Of a stretch of 64,000 nucleotides of DNA, positions 1-8,185 are shown one piece after another. The first letter of the stretch is position 1. Every line of letters begins with the position of its first letter. Below the pieces are notes generated by a model. The model was not told where the DNA came from, searched no databases, and saw nothing but the letters and a program-made list of their open reading frames with translations. Source of the stretch: an uncultured Dehalococcoidia bacterium (GTDB taxonomy: Bacteria > Chloroflexota > Dehalococcoidia > Lucifugimonadales > JADFKI01); assembly GCA_964632415.1 (NCBI GenBank), contig CAZWDM010000002.1:3039-67038 (forward strand), given 5' to 3'. The translations under genes and the position numbers were made by a program.

Positions 1-21
1 GCACTTCCGAGTTCCAAGGGC

Positions 22-2427
22 TTGCAGGGGGCATTGATGATCAGTTACGACGAACTGGAACGGGAGAACCAGACGCTGCGAGACCAGCTTTCCCGGCTGA
101 GCGAAGCGAGCCTCCGGATCAACCAGAACCTCGATCTCGACACGGTGCTGCAAGGCGTGCTGGACTCCGCCCGCTCCCTTACCGGCGCCAGGTACGGGGT
201 GATCACCCTAAACGACGAAGGGGAACGGGTACAGGACTTCCTCTCCTCCGGCATGAGCGCAGAGGAGGCTCGGAAGATCTGGGACACTCCCGATGGGATG
301 CGCATATTCCAGTACCTCGACAACCTCTCGGAACCGCTCAGGTTCCCGGACCTGCTAGGAAGTCTGCGGTCCCTGGGCCTTCCCGAGCTCTCCCCGCCGG
401 CGTCGGTGGGCGAAACCCTGTCCTGCCTGGCCGCTCCTGTCCTCCACCGGGGAGAGCGCGTCGGGAACGTATTCGTCGCCGACAAGAAGGCTGGCAGCGA
501 GTTCTCACAGGAAGACGAGGAGACCCTGGTCAGGTTCGCGTCCCAAGCGGCGCTGGTCATAGCCAACGCCCGCCGCTACAACCGGGAGCAGCGGGCAAGA
601 ATCGATCTGGAGACTCTGATAAACACTTCGCCGGTAGGCGTCGTGATATTCGACGCGATGACTTGCGCACCGGTATCCGTCAACCAGGAGGCGAGACGTC
701 TCGTCGAAGGCCTTAGAGACCGCGACCAGTCCGTTGATCTGATGGAGATCATCACCGTGGAGCGGGAGGACGGACGAAATGTGGCTCTGGACGAGTTGTC
801 TTTGGCGCAGGTGCTGGGCGAGGCGGAAACTGTGCGTGCCGAGGAGGTCGTCATGCGCGTTCCCGACGGTCGGAGCGTCACCGTGCTGGTCAACGCCACG
901 CCGATCCTTAACGGGGACGGCTGCGTCGAGTCCTTTGTCGTGACACTGCAGGACATGACCCACGTGGAGGAGATGGGACGGATGCGCGCCGAATTCCTGG
1001 CCATGGTCAGCCACGAACTGCGCATGCCCCTGGCCACCATCAAAGGTTCCGCCGCCACGGTGCTAGGCGCCCCCGCCTCGATGGGATGGTCCGAGATCGT
1101 CCAGTTTTTCAAGATCATCGACCAGCAGGCCGACCGCGTGCACGACCTCATAGGCGGCCTGCTGGACATAGGGCGCATCAAGTCGGGAACATTGTCGGTC
1201 AACCCCGAACCCACGGATCTGGCCCTCCTGGCTGATGGTGCAAAGAAGGCGTTCGTGAGCGCGGGCGGCAGGAACAGCTTGGAGATCGAGCTGCCTGCCG
1301 ACCTGCCGTGGGTTATGGCAGACCGGGGCCGGATCGTCCAAGTGATGAGCAATCTGCTCTCCGACGCGGCCAGACGCTCGCGCGAAGATCTCCCCATACG
1401 CGTTGCCGCCGTCCGGGAAGACCTTTTCGTCGCGGTCTCCGTGTCGGACGGAAGCGATGAATTGCCGACACGCCTCGTGCCGCAACTGTTCGAGAATTTC
1501 CCCCGTGTCGATGACGGGAACGGGGAAGGCGGTATCGGAGGATCGGGCCTGGTTCTCGCCATCTGCAAGGGGATCGTGGAGGCACACGGGGGACGCATCA
1601 GCGTCGAAAACGACGGACCTGCGTCGCGGTGCACCTTCACACTGCCTGCCGCGGAGGTGCGAGAGGTCGGCGAGACCCCTCCTTCCGGTGTCCAGTTGCG
1701 TCCGTCATCGCAGGAGCAAGTGCGTATACTCGTTGTGGGTGGCGATCCCGAGACGCTCAGGTTCGTGCGCGACACCCTGACGAGGGCGGGATACTCTCTG
1801 ACGGTAACGGGAGATTCGAACGAGGTGCCACGCCTCATGGAGGAGCGTAATCCTCACTTGGTACTGTCGGACGTGTTGCGGCCGGGGGCCGGCGGCATCG
1901 AGTTTATGGACACGATTCTGTCGACGCTCGATGTGCCGGTGATTTTCCTGTCGGCGTACGGGGAAGAGGGACTGATCGCCCGGGCCTTCGACATGGGAGC
2001 CACCGACTATATCGACAAGCCCTTCTCACCGACTGAGCTTTTGGCGAGGATCAGGGTAGCCCTGAGGAGCCAGTCGACGCCCCCTTGGGCCGTATCACCC
2101 CCTCCCTACTCAATCGGAGATCTGACCATCGACTACGCAGAGCGCCGGGTAACGGTTGCCGGGCGTCTCGTGCAGCTCACCGCCACCGAGTACGAGGTTC
2201 TCCAGCTGCTCTCGACGATGTCCGGGCGGGTATTGACCCACGACCAACTGTTGCAACGGGTGTGGAGCCCGGACAGGAAGGGCGAACCCTGGCTGGTGCG
2301 CAACGTGGTGAAAAGGTTGCGGCGCAAGCTGGGCGACGACGCGGGCAACCCCATCTACATCTTCACCGAGCCACGAGTCGGCTACCGCATCGCCAAAGGC
2401 GAGGAACCGGGAGAGACGAGGCCGTGA
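22..2427 (+). CDS. Hybrid sensor histidine kinase fused to a receiver and an OmpR-type winged-helix DNA-binding output
   Basis: 801-aa ORF. H-box MVSHELRMPLATIKGS. ATPase region GIGGSGLVLAICKGIVEAHGGRISVEN. Receiver RILVVGGD...LVLSDV...IDKPF. C-terminal wHTH LTATEYEVLQLL...VKRLRRKL...RVGYRI. The frame is open to the window edge, so the 5' end may be truncated. Confidence 0.85.
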   Translation: MQGALMISYDELERENQTLRDQLSRLSEASLRINQNLDLDTVLQGVLDSARSLTGARYGVITLNDEGERVQDFLSSGMSAEEARKIWDTPDGMRIFQYLDNLSEPLRFPDLLGSLRSLGLPELSPPASVGETLSCLAAPVLHRGERVGNVFVADKKAGSEFSQEDEETLVRFASQAALVIANARRYNREQRARIDLETLINTSPVGVVIFDAMTCAPVSVNQEARRLVEGLRDRDQSVDLMEIITVEREDGRNVALDELSLAQVLGEAETVRAEEVVMRVPDGRSVTVLVNATPILNGDGCVESFVVTLQDMTHVEEMGRMRAEFLAMVSHELRMPLATIKGSAATVLGAPASMGWSEIVQFFKIIDQQADRVHDLIGGLLDIGRIKSGTLSVNPEPTDLALLADGAKKAFVSAGGRNSLEIELPADLPWVMADRGRIVQVMSNLLSDAARRSREDLPIRVAAVREDLFVAVSVSDGSDELPTRLVPQLFENFPRVDDGNGEGGIGGSGLVLAICKGIVEAHGGRISVENDGPASRCTFTLPAAEVREVGETPPSGVQLRPSSQEQVRILVVGGDPETLRFVRDTLTRAGYSLTVTGDSNEVPRLMEERNPHLVLSDVLRPGAGGIEFMDTILSTLDVPVIFLSAYGEEGLIARAFDMGATDYIDKPFSPTELLARIRVALRSQSTPPWAVSPPPYSIGDLTIDYAERRVTVAGRLVQLTATEYEVLQLLSTMSGRVLTHDQLLQRVWSPDRKGEPWLVRNVVKRLRRKLGDDAGNPIYIFTEPRVGYRIAKGEEPGETRP

Positions 2428-2527
2428 AACACTTGACGAAGCTCGAGGATCTGGGCGGGCGGCCACTCTCGTCACTGTGAACAGACTTGCAACGCGGGGA
2501 AGGTGCATGGATGCGATACCGTCGGCC

Positions 2528-2971
2528 CTAGCGCGTTAATCGGGTAGACGCTTCACGGCAGCCCACCAGCCCGTTTGGTCTGGACGGCTCGAATGAGGAG
2601 ATCGGTGCAGCGACAAACGGCCTAAGACGGTTCGGAGGCATTCGGGCATCGCGTTCCGCCCGACCGGACCACTCTGCAACGGCGGCCGGAACGTGGAGTA
2701 GATTCCAGCCGTCTGCCCTCGGATAGAGCCGGGTTCCATAGGTGCGCAAACGCATGACCTCTCCGTCGGAACGGCGCAGACGCTTTCGGGAGACATATTT
2801 CTTGCGACGCCAGGTCACGATGTAGTATCGGAAATCCTGACCCGATCGCGCATTCAAGCGATGCGGACCCGAAGCGTGATGGTGCATAAAACGTCGCTGG
2901 ACGGCATTGCGAGTCGCTTTACGTTCCTCGAGCCATCCCGATCTGACTGGTCGCGTTCCTCGCCGCTGCAA
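2528..2971 (-). CDS. Hypothetical Arg-rich protein (weak call)
   Basis: 147-aa ORF with no recognisable motif and a very basic composition. It may be a high-GC artefact or a gene remnant. Confidence 0.2.
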   Translation of the reverse strand: MQRRGTRPVRSGWLEERKATRNAVQRRFMHHHASGPHRLNARSGQDFRYYIVTWRRKKYVSRKRLRRSDGEVMRLRTYGTRLYPRADGWNLLHVPAAVAEWSGRAERDARMPPNRLRPFVAAPISSFEPSRPNGLVGCREASTRLTR

Positions 2972-3039
2972 CTCTGGCGGGGTGCATCAACGCCTCGGTA
3001 GGTCGCGCAATCAATCTCCGTTCGCTGCACGATACGTTC

Positions 3040-3068
3040 TTGACATGCTGACGTCTCATTTTTATATC
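3040..3068 (+). promoter_or_regulatory. Sigma70-like promoter candidate
   Basis: TTGACA (3040-3045), 17-nt spacer, TATATC (3063-3068) in a local AT-rich patch. There is no convincing downstream plus-strand ORF, and it points antisense to the 3355-3708 gene. Confidence 0.25.
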
Positions 3069-3354
3069 TTCAACATCATGAACAGGTCTGCTTGTTTCAA
3101 TCGTCGTCACGGCAATAGGCGCACGAAAATCGTGGTCCGAAGCGCTTGTCCCCTCGATCGCCGCGGCAACGGCGGCCGCCTCGCGACCAAGCTGTACGGC
3201 AAGCGGCAGAGAGCGTTGCAATGTTGGCCTGCATCGGCGGACGCACACCGAACGCCCAGATGCAGAAGATCGCGTTGAAGTTGGACAAGCTCGAACGCGC
3301 AGGTTGGCGACACGCCGGCGGAGATGACGGAAACCCGTCGGCGCGGTTCCGGCG

Positions 3355-3708
3355 CTATGGTTGCGCCGCACGCACGTGCCGTGGCGTCTCCTCCTGCCCT
3401 TCCGACTTTTCGCTGGTCGATGTCGTCGAAGAAGCCTCGGCGGCATCGTCAGCGTCCTCAGCGACGGGCATCATGTGATTGAGCAGGTCCATGCGCGCCG
3501 CTAGTTCGAAGAGAGCGTACAAGTGTCCGGAACCAGGTTTCGTTCCGTTGCGCCAACGGTTAACGCTTCGGACGTTGACGCGCAGCTCCCTGGCCAGGCC
3601 GCGCCAGGACAGTCCGGCTGCGGTCTTCAAGCTCTCGAGCATTTCGGGAAACTCCGTTGGAAACGATGACGGTTCGACACGGTACACCCACTGCTGGCGT
3701 CGTCCCAC
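3355..3708 (-). CDS. HTH DNA-binding protein, paralog of 3712-4011
   Basis: 117 aa. LKTAAGLSWRGLARELRVNVRSVNRWRNGTKPGSGHLYALFELA aligns with the neighbouring ORF. Acidic Ser/Thr-rich tail. Confidence 0.55.
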   Translation of the reverse strand: MGRRQQWVYRVEPSSFPTEFPEMLESLKTAAGLSWRGLARELRVNVRSVNRWRNGTKPGSGHLYALFELAARMDLLNHMMPVAEDADDAAEASSTTSTSEKSEGQEETPRHVRAAQP

Positions 3709-3711
3709 TCC

Positions 3712-4011
3712 TCATCTCCGTCGCCGCCGGAGCAGGGCCGGTTCATCCTCGAGCAGCAGGTCCAGCCCTCCGGGAACGTGCCGCGCCAAACGGACGAGCG
3801 ACAGCATCGCGCCTCCGTTCGGCGCGCCGCCTTTGCGCCACCTGTGCAGCTGACGGCTGTCCACTCCCATGCACACGGCCATGCCCTCCCAAGAAAGTCC
3901 GGTCATCTCCTTGAGGACGTCTAGCCTTTCGACGAAATCCTGCGGGATCAATGCGACCCCGAAGGGTATCGGGAAAGGGTTGGCCCTACGCCTGCGCCGG
4001 TTCATCCACAT
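3712..4011 (-). CDS. HTH DNA-binding protein, paralog of 3355-3708
   Basis: 99 aa. LKEMTGLSWEGMAVCMGVDSRQLHRWRKGGAPNGGAMLSLVRLA shares the GLSW-G-A...R-RWR-G-P pattern with the downstream paralog. Confidence 0.55.
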   Translation of the reverse strand: MWMNRRRRRANPFPIPFGVALIPQDFVERLDVLKEMTGLSWEGMAVCMGVDSRQLHRWRKGGAPNGGAMLSLVRLARHVPGGLDLLLEDEPALLRRRRR

Positions 4012-4240
4012 TCTCCAATACGAAAAGGTCTTCGAAATCCGAGACGCCCAGCGCCCTCATCAATCGTCTGCGGGTGTCCGGCGAGGGACATCGTGTGCCG
4101 GTCATGAGCTGCGACAGGTAGCCCGAAGAGATCCCGGACATGCGCGCCAGCTCGTTCTGCGCGATGTTCAGACGGTTGAGAAGCACCCACACTTTGTAGG
4201 GATCCAGTCTCGATCTGCACGAGGGTTTTCTGCGTGTCAC
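3986..4240 (-). CDS. XRE-family HTH transcriptional regulator
   Basis: 84 aa. LNRLNIAQNELARMSGISSGYLSQLMTGTRCPSPDTRRRLMRALGV is a typical Cro/C1 HTH. It overlaps both neighbours, which suggests an operon. Confidence 0.7.
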   Translation of the reverse strand: MTRRKPSCRSRLDPYKVWVLLNRLNIAQNELARMSGISSGYLSQLMTGTRCPSPDTRRRLMRALGVSDFEDLFVLENVDEPAQA

Positions 4241-4563
4241 TCGACGCTCTCCTTGGGCTCGGTCGACGAGCCGCGCCTGGTTGGAAAAGCTCGGCTCGTT
4301 CCTGATCGGTCTCCAAAACTGCCGGGATCGGCCAAGAGTCGGCGCGCGATGATTCGAGCCAGTATCCGTAGGCCGTGCAGCCGAAGCTCGTCCTGTTCGG
4401 GCGTGAGACCCGAGGGTTCGTTGGACAACCCGTTCAGTTCGGTTTCGTCTTCTGGTACGCGTAGCGACATGCTAGAAGGAAAGGTCGTGTCGAATCTGTG
4501 TCGTGCCACAAATCGTAACACTTTGAATGTCGTTCGCAATGATTGCATCTGCATTATTGACAA
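4237..4563 (-). CDS. Hypothetical protein, first gene of the small-regulator operon
   Basis: 108-aa ORF whose stop overlaps the XRE start (ATGA-type junction at 4237-4240). No motif recognised and the start is uncertain. Confidence 0.35.
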   Translation of the reverse strand: MSIMQMQSLRTTFKVLRFVARHRFDTTFPSSMSLRVPEDETELNGLSNEPSGLTPEQDELRLHGLRILARIIARRLLADPGSFGDRSGTSRAFPTRRGSSTEPKESVE

Positions 4564-4570
4564 AGTGTTT
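4516..4570. promoter_or_regulatory. AT-rich divergent control region with an inverted repeat
   Basis: TAACACTTTG (4516-4525) and CAAAGTGTTT (4561-4570) form a 9/10 inverted repeat around TTGACA (4557-4562). GTAACA and TGCAT motifs are repeated. It lies between divergent regulator genes. Confidence 0.3.
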
Positions 4571-4596
4571 GCTAATATGTAACAATAAAATCGCGC

Positions 4597-5043
4597 TTGG
4601 ATACCAAAACCTGCATTGAGTTATTTCGGGCTTGCAGCATATCGATGGACGGACTGGACGAAAACCTTCAACTCGAAATCGGGCCCTTGCTCCGAAGGCT
4701 TCGAGGCGACCTGACCCTGCGCGACGTCAATCGGCGGGCCGGCGTCTCCAGCTCGTATCTCTCGTCCATCGAGCGCGGCGAGCGGCGTCCCGGAAGAAAC
4801 ATCATCCGGAGGCTGGCGGCGGCGTACGGGGTCGACCCTGCCCCCCTGCTCGAACGCGCCGGACACGTTGGCGCCAGACCCGTCGCCGCCGACGAAGATC
4901 CGAATGTCGAGCGCGCCTACCAGTACGTTCTTTCAGACCCGAAGTTCCGATTCGGGACCCGGCCGGAAGGCCCGCTCTCCACAAGCGCGAAGCAGTTCAT
5001 CGTCGAAATGTACGAGAGTCTCACGGGTAAAAGGCTTTTGTGA
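4597..5043 (+). CDS. XRE-family HTH regulator, partner of the downstream ImmA/IrrE-like protein
   Basis: LRRLRGDLTLRDVNRRAGVSSSYLSSIERGERRPGRNIIRRLAAAYGV. The ORF track starts at TTG 4597 and ATG 4645 is a more likely start. The stop overlaps the next gene (ATGA-type junction at 5040-5043). Confidence 0.7.
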   Translation: MDTKTCIELFRACSISMDGLDENLQLEIGPLLRRLRGDLTLRDVNRRAGVSSSYLSSIERGERRPGRNIIRRLAAAYGVDPAPLLERAGHVGARPVAADEDPNVERAYQYVLSDPKFRFGTRPEGPLSTSAKQFIVEMYESLTGKRLL

Positions 5044-6185
5044 CGGGCTGCTTGTTGCATGACTTTTGCCGCGAACTGCTCGCGGACCGGTCATTCGACG
5101 GGACGCTGGAGCCGGAGGGACTGGCCGCCAAGTTCGTCGACCGGTTCCGCGTTTCACGGCGTCCCTCGCTCGAAGAGTTGAAACGTCTGATGCATCAGAC
5201 AGGATTCGGCAGAGTCGAATCCCGCGCGATGGACGCCGCGCTCCGGGGCGCGCATTTCGCGGTCTCGGGGAGCAGCTACCTCATCTGCTATCGCGAAGGC
5301 CTGTGGCGCGGCGCGGCCGAGCACACGGTGCTCCACGAAGCGTTCGAGATCGTCTATGAAACTCTGCTCGACATGCAGGACCGACCGCCTGAGCCCCCGA
5401 CCAAGGCGACCTGCAGGAGAGCGGACCGATTCGCGGCGGCGGTGCTGATGCAGCCCGAAGTCTTCGCGGCCCGTGCGAAAGGCTGCGGATTCGATGTGAT
5501 CGCGCTGCATCGTGAGTTCGGCCGTTCGTTCGCGTCGATCACGATGCGCCTGGCGGAGGTTTTGGACGACCCGGCGTTCATGGCCGTCCTGTACGAGACC
5601 AGATACGGTCGGCTCCACAGGGACCGGAAGGAGCGGCGGGGCGACGGCGCGCTGCGCGCTTCGGTGGTCTGTCGCAAGCCGGAGTTCGAAGATCGGGCAT
5701 CGCATTCGTCGCAACTCCTGCGCGGATGCGGGTCGATGCGGGGCATGACGCCCAAGAACGGCTCGTTGGCGGCGAGGGCCGCGCGAACCGGCAGGTCGCT
5801 GTACGCCGAGTCGGAACGGAACGCCTCCGATGAAAACGGCTTTGCAGCAGTCGCGCGCCCGGTGATCTGGCGAAGAAGGCTCACCAAGGTCATCGTCGTA
5901 GCAGTGCCGTACGAGCAACGCGAATGTCTCGCGCCCCAGCTGTCGGCTTCCAGATTCGAGCGACTGCGAATCGGGTTGGCCCGTTCGGACTCGCGCGGCG
6001 GACGTCGATGCCGTCCTCGGCGGTGGGACGAGACGTTCATCGTCGGCGCTTTGCGCGAGTCCGTGCTTCCGTCCAAGCGCCTCGCAGATCCGGCCGGGCG
6101 AGGCGGCCGACGGACTCCCGCACGCCGAGCGTCCCTCTCTTCGCCAGTCGAAACCGCTCAATGGGCGATTGGTGCTAATCTGTAG
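5040..6185 (+). CDS. ImmA/IrrE-like (DUF955-type) protein with a variant metal motif
   Basis: The layout TVLHEAFEIVYE...RADRFAAAVLMQPEVF...FGRSFASITMRLAEV matches the ImmA/IrrE fold. The canonical HEXXH reads HEAFE, with the second His replaced by Glu. The C-terminal third is Arg-rich and may be frame-corrupted. Confidence 0.55.
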   Translation: MTGCLLHDFCRELLADRSFDGTLEPEGLAAKFVDRFRVSRRPSLEELKRLMHQTGFGRVESRAMDAALRGAHFAVSGSSYLICYREGLWRGAAEHTVLHEAFEIVYETLLDMQDRPPEPPTKATCRRADRFAAAVLMQPEVFAARAKGCGFDVIALHREFGRSFASITMRLAEVLDDPAFMAVLYETRYGRLHRDRKERRGDGALRASVVCRKPEFEDRASHSSQLLRGCGSMRGMTPKNGSLAARAARTGRSLYAESERNASDENGFAAVARPVIWRRRLTKVIVVAVPYEQRECLAPQLSASRFERLRIGLARSDSRGGRRCRPRRWDETFIVGALRESVLPSKRLADPAGRGGRRTPARRASLSSPVETAQWAIGANL

Positions 6186-6235
6186 CGACATCCCTCCCGA
6201 TGGGAGCAATTGCAGACGACTGGGGCGCCGGCGCG

Positions 6236-6919
6236 ATGTGCGGACGTTTCGGACTTTACACAGACTTGGCGGAGCTTGTTGAGATCCTCGGCTTCGAGCT
6301 GCCTATGCCGATGGAAGTTTACGGTCCGCGCTGGAACATCGCGCCGACATCCGACGTGCTGACCATCATCGATGGCGACGGTGCGCGTGAAGGAGCGATG
6401 ATGCGCTGGGGTTTGGTACCCGTCTGGGCGAAACCCGAGACTGCTTTCAAGCGTCCCATGTTCAACGCTCGATCGGAGACCGTCGCAGAACGCCCCATGT
6501 TCCGCAGCTCGTTCAACCGGCATCGCTGCCTGGTTCCCGCCAACGGTTTCTTCGAGTGGCGACGTGAAGAAACGGGCGGCAAGACGCCGATGTGGATCTA
6601 CGACGCCGAGACGCCCGTCGTCACTTTCGCAGCGATATCGAGCACCTGGCAGGGCCCCGACGGCGTTGTGAAGTCCTGCGCGATCCTGACGACGTCGCCG
6701 AACTCGTTGATGTATCCAATCCATGATCGGATGCCGGTGATTCTGGACCGCGAATGGGCGGATGTATGGCTGGACGATGCCGCCGACAAAGCGGTGTTGA
6801 TGGAGGCTCTGAAGCCGCGCGAGTGGGAATCCATGCAGGCTCTTGAGGTCGATCCGGCGGTCGGTTCGACGCGCAACGACGGGCCGCATCTCATCAGACC
6901 ACGGGCGTCGCTGCTTTAG
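6236..6919 (+). CDS. SOS response-associated peptidase (SRAP / YedK / HMCES family)
   Basis: MCGRFGLY...WNIAPTS...MRWGLVPVWAK...FNARSETV...RCLVPANGFFEW. The family needs Cys2 as the N-terminal nucleophile, so ATG 6236 is preferred over the track start at 6200. Confidence 0.85.
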   Translation: MCGRFGLYTDLAELVEILGFELPMPMEVYGPRWNIAPTSDVLTIIDGDGAREGAMMRWGLVPVWAKPETAFKRPMFNARSETVAERPMFRSSFNRHRCLVPANGFFEWRREETGGKTPMWIYDAETPVVTFAAISSTWQGPDGVVKSCAILTTSPNSLMYPIHDRMPVILDREWADVWLDDAADKAVLMEALKPREWESMQALEVDPAVGSTRNDGPHLIRPRASLL

Positions 6920-6935
6920 CAACAAACCTGCCAAG

Positions 6936-6963
6936 TTGCATTTTAGCATTTTTATGCTATATT
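6936..6963 (+). promoter_or_regulatory. Promoter with an embedded palindromic operator upstream of imuB
   Basis: TTGCAT (6936-6941), 16-nt spacer, TATATT (6958-6963). The spacer contains TAGCAT-TTTT-ATGCTA (6944-6959), a perfect 6-4-6 inverted repeat. The imuB ATG is at 6980. Confidence 0.4.
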
Positions 6964-6979
6964 AGACGCGCACAGAACC

Positions 6980-8185
6980 ATGTTTATCGCTTGCGTCAAG
7001 ATCCCGCATCTGCCGATTCAGTGCGAAGCTGCCAGATCTCCCGATCTGCGCGGAAAGACCGTGATCGTCTATCACGGCGAGGAATCGCGCCCAGTCGTTC
7101 TCGACGCCTCTTCGAAGGCGAATATCCGACGCGGAACATCTCTCGTCAGAGTGATGTCTCAGATTCCCGATGCGGCGGTCATCCGTGCCGATAAAGATCT
7201 TTACGACGCGAGCTGGAACGAAGTTGTCAAAAGCCTGCTCGACATCAGCGATCGCGTCGAAGACGCGGCGCGGGGCACCGCGTTCGTAGCCATCGACGGG
7301 CTGTACGACCTTTACGGCGGTCGAGACCAGACCTTGGATACGATTTCCAAAGCGATGACCGAACACGGTTTGGACGCTCTGATCGGCGTCGCTCCCGGGC
7401 GGTTTCCCGCGTACTGCGCCGCGATCGGAGCACGCCCCTCCGAGCCGCTTAGACTGCCCGGCAGCCGAAGCGAGGTCAAGGAGTTCCTGGCCCCGATGCC
7501 GGTCGATCTCCTGCCGCTCGACAGTCGCGCCATCGACCTTTTGCACGACTTCGCGCTGGACACGATGGGAGATCTGGCGATGCAGTCCGTTTCGGCTTTG
7601 CAGGCGCAGCTCGGACCCGACGGACGGCGCGCCTGGGAACTGGTGAACGGCGTCGACCGGACAAGGCTCGACACCATCGAAAGATCGGAGAAGGTGGTCG
7701 ATTCGTTCGAGTTCGCCTGGCCGGCCTCCAGCATGGACGCCATTTCGTTCGGCGTGCGAACGCTCCTCGACCGTGCATTTGCCTCCGTGGAAAGCATCGG
7801 CAAGGCTGCCGGCCGAATGGACCTCACCTGCGAGATGTCCGACTCCGAGCGGTGGAGCTACGCGCACACCTTCAAAGAACCTACCGATTCCGCCATGCTC
7901 GCCCACAGCGTCGTGATGACACGCGTGGAAACGATAACGCAGAGCGATGCATCCCCGATACGAAGCCCTATAGAGAACATCTCGGTCGAATTGTCACGTC
8001 TCGGGCAGGCACGAGCCGAGCAGTCCGGACTTTGGAGAGAACACAGATCGGGCGATCTGGATACCGCTTTCCGTCAATTGACGGCAAAGACGGGATCGTC
8101 CCCGATCAAGAAGATAGTGGAGGTGGAGCCATGGTCTCGAATACCAGAAAGACGTCTGGCGTTCGCGGAAGTTACGAGCCCCTGA
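6980..8185 (+). CDS. imuB: ImuB-like catalytically inactive Y-family polymerase paralog
   Basis: 401 aa in a Y-family polymerase context. The N-terminus FIACVKIPHLPIQ lacks the DxD acidic pair, and VAIDGL replaces SIDE. It lies immediately upstream of dnaE2. Confidence 0.8.
   Translation: MFIACVKIPHLPIQCEAARSPDLRGKTVIVYHGEESRPVVLDASSKANIRRGTSLVRVMSQIPDAAVIRADKDLYDASWNEVVKSLLDISDRVEDAARGTAFVAIDGLYDLYGGRDQTLDTISKAMTEHGLDALIGVAPGRFPAYCAAIGARPSEPLRLPGSRSEVKEFLAPMPVDLLPLDSRAIDLLHDFALDTMGDLAMQSVSALQAQLGPDGRRAWELVNGVDRTRLDTIERSEKVVDSFEFAWPASSMDAISFGVRTLLDRAFASVESIGKAAGRMDLTCEMSDSERWSYAHTFKEPTDSAMLAHSVVMTRVETITQSDASPIRSPIENISVELSRLGQARAEQSGLWREHRSGDLDTAFRQLTAKTGSSPIKKIVEVEPWSRIPERRLAFAEVTSP

Noticed and set aside
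576-1838. A 420-aa antisense ORF inside the histidine kinase gene, plus several other nested ORFs.
   Set aside because: It has shadow-ORF composition (Ser/Arg/Pro/Thr-rich), and the sense frame has unambiguous HisKA/HATPase motifs.
3146-3478. A 110-aa plus-strand ORF downstream of the promoter-like TTGACA/TATATC at 3040-3068.
   Set aside because: It overlaps the C-terminus of the better-supported HTH gene on the other strand and has an Arg-rich, motif-free translation. The promoter is kept only as a low-confidence feature.
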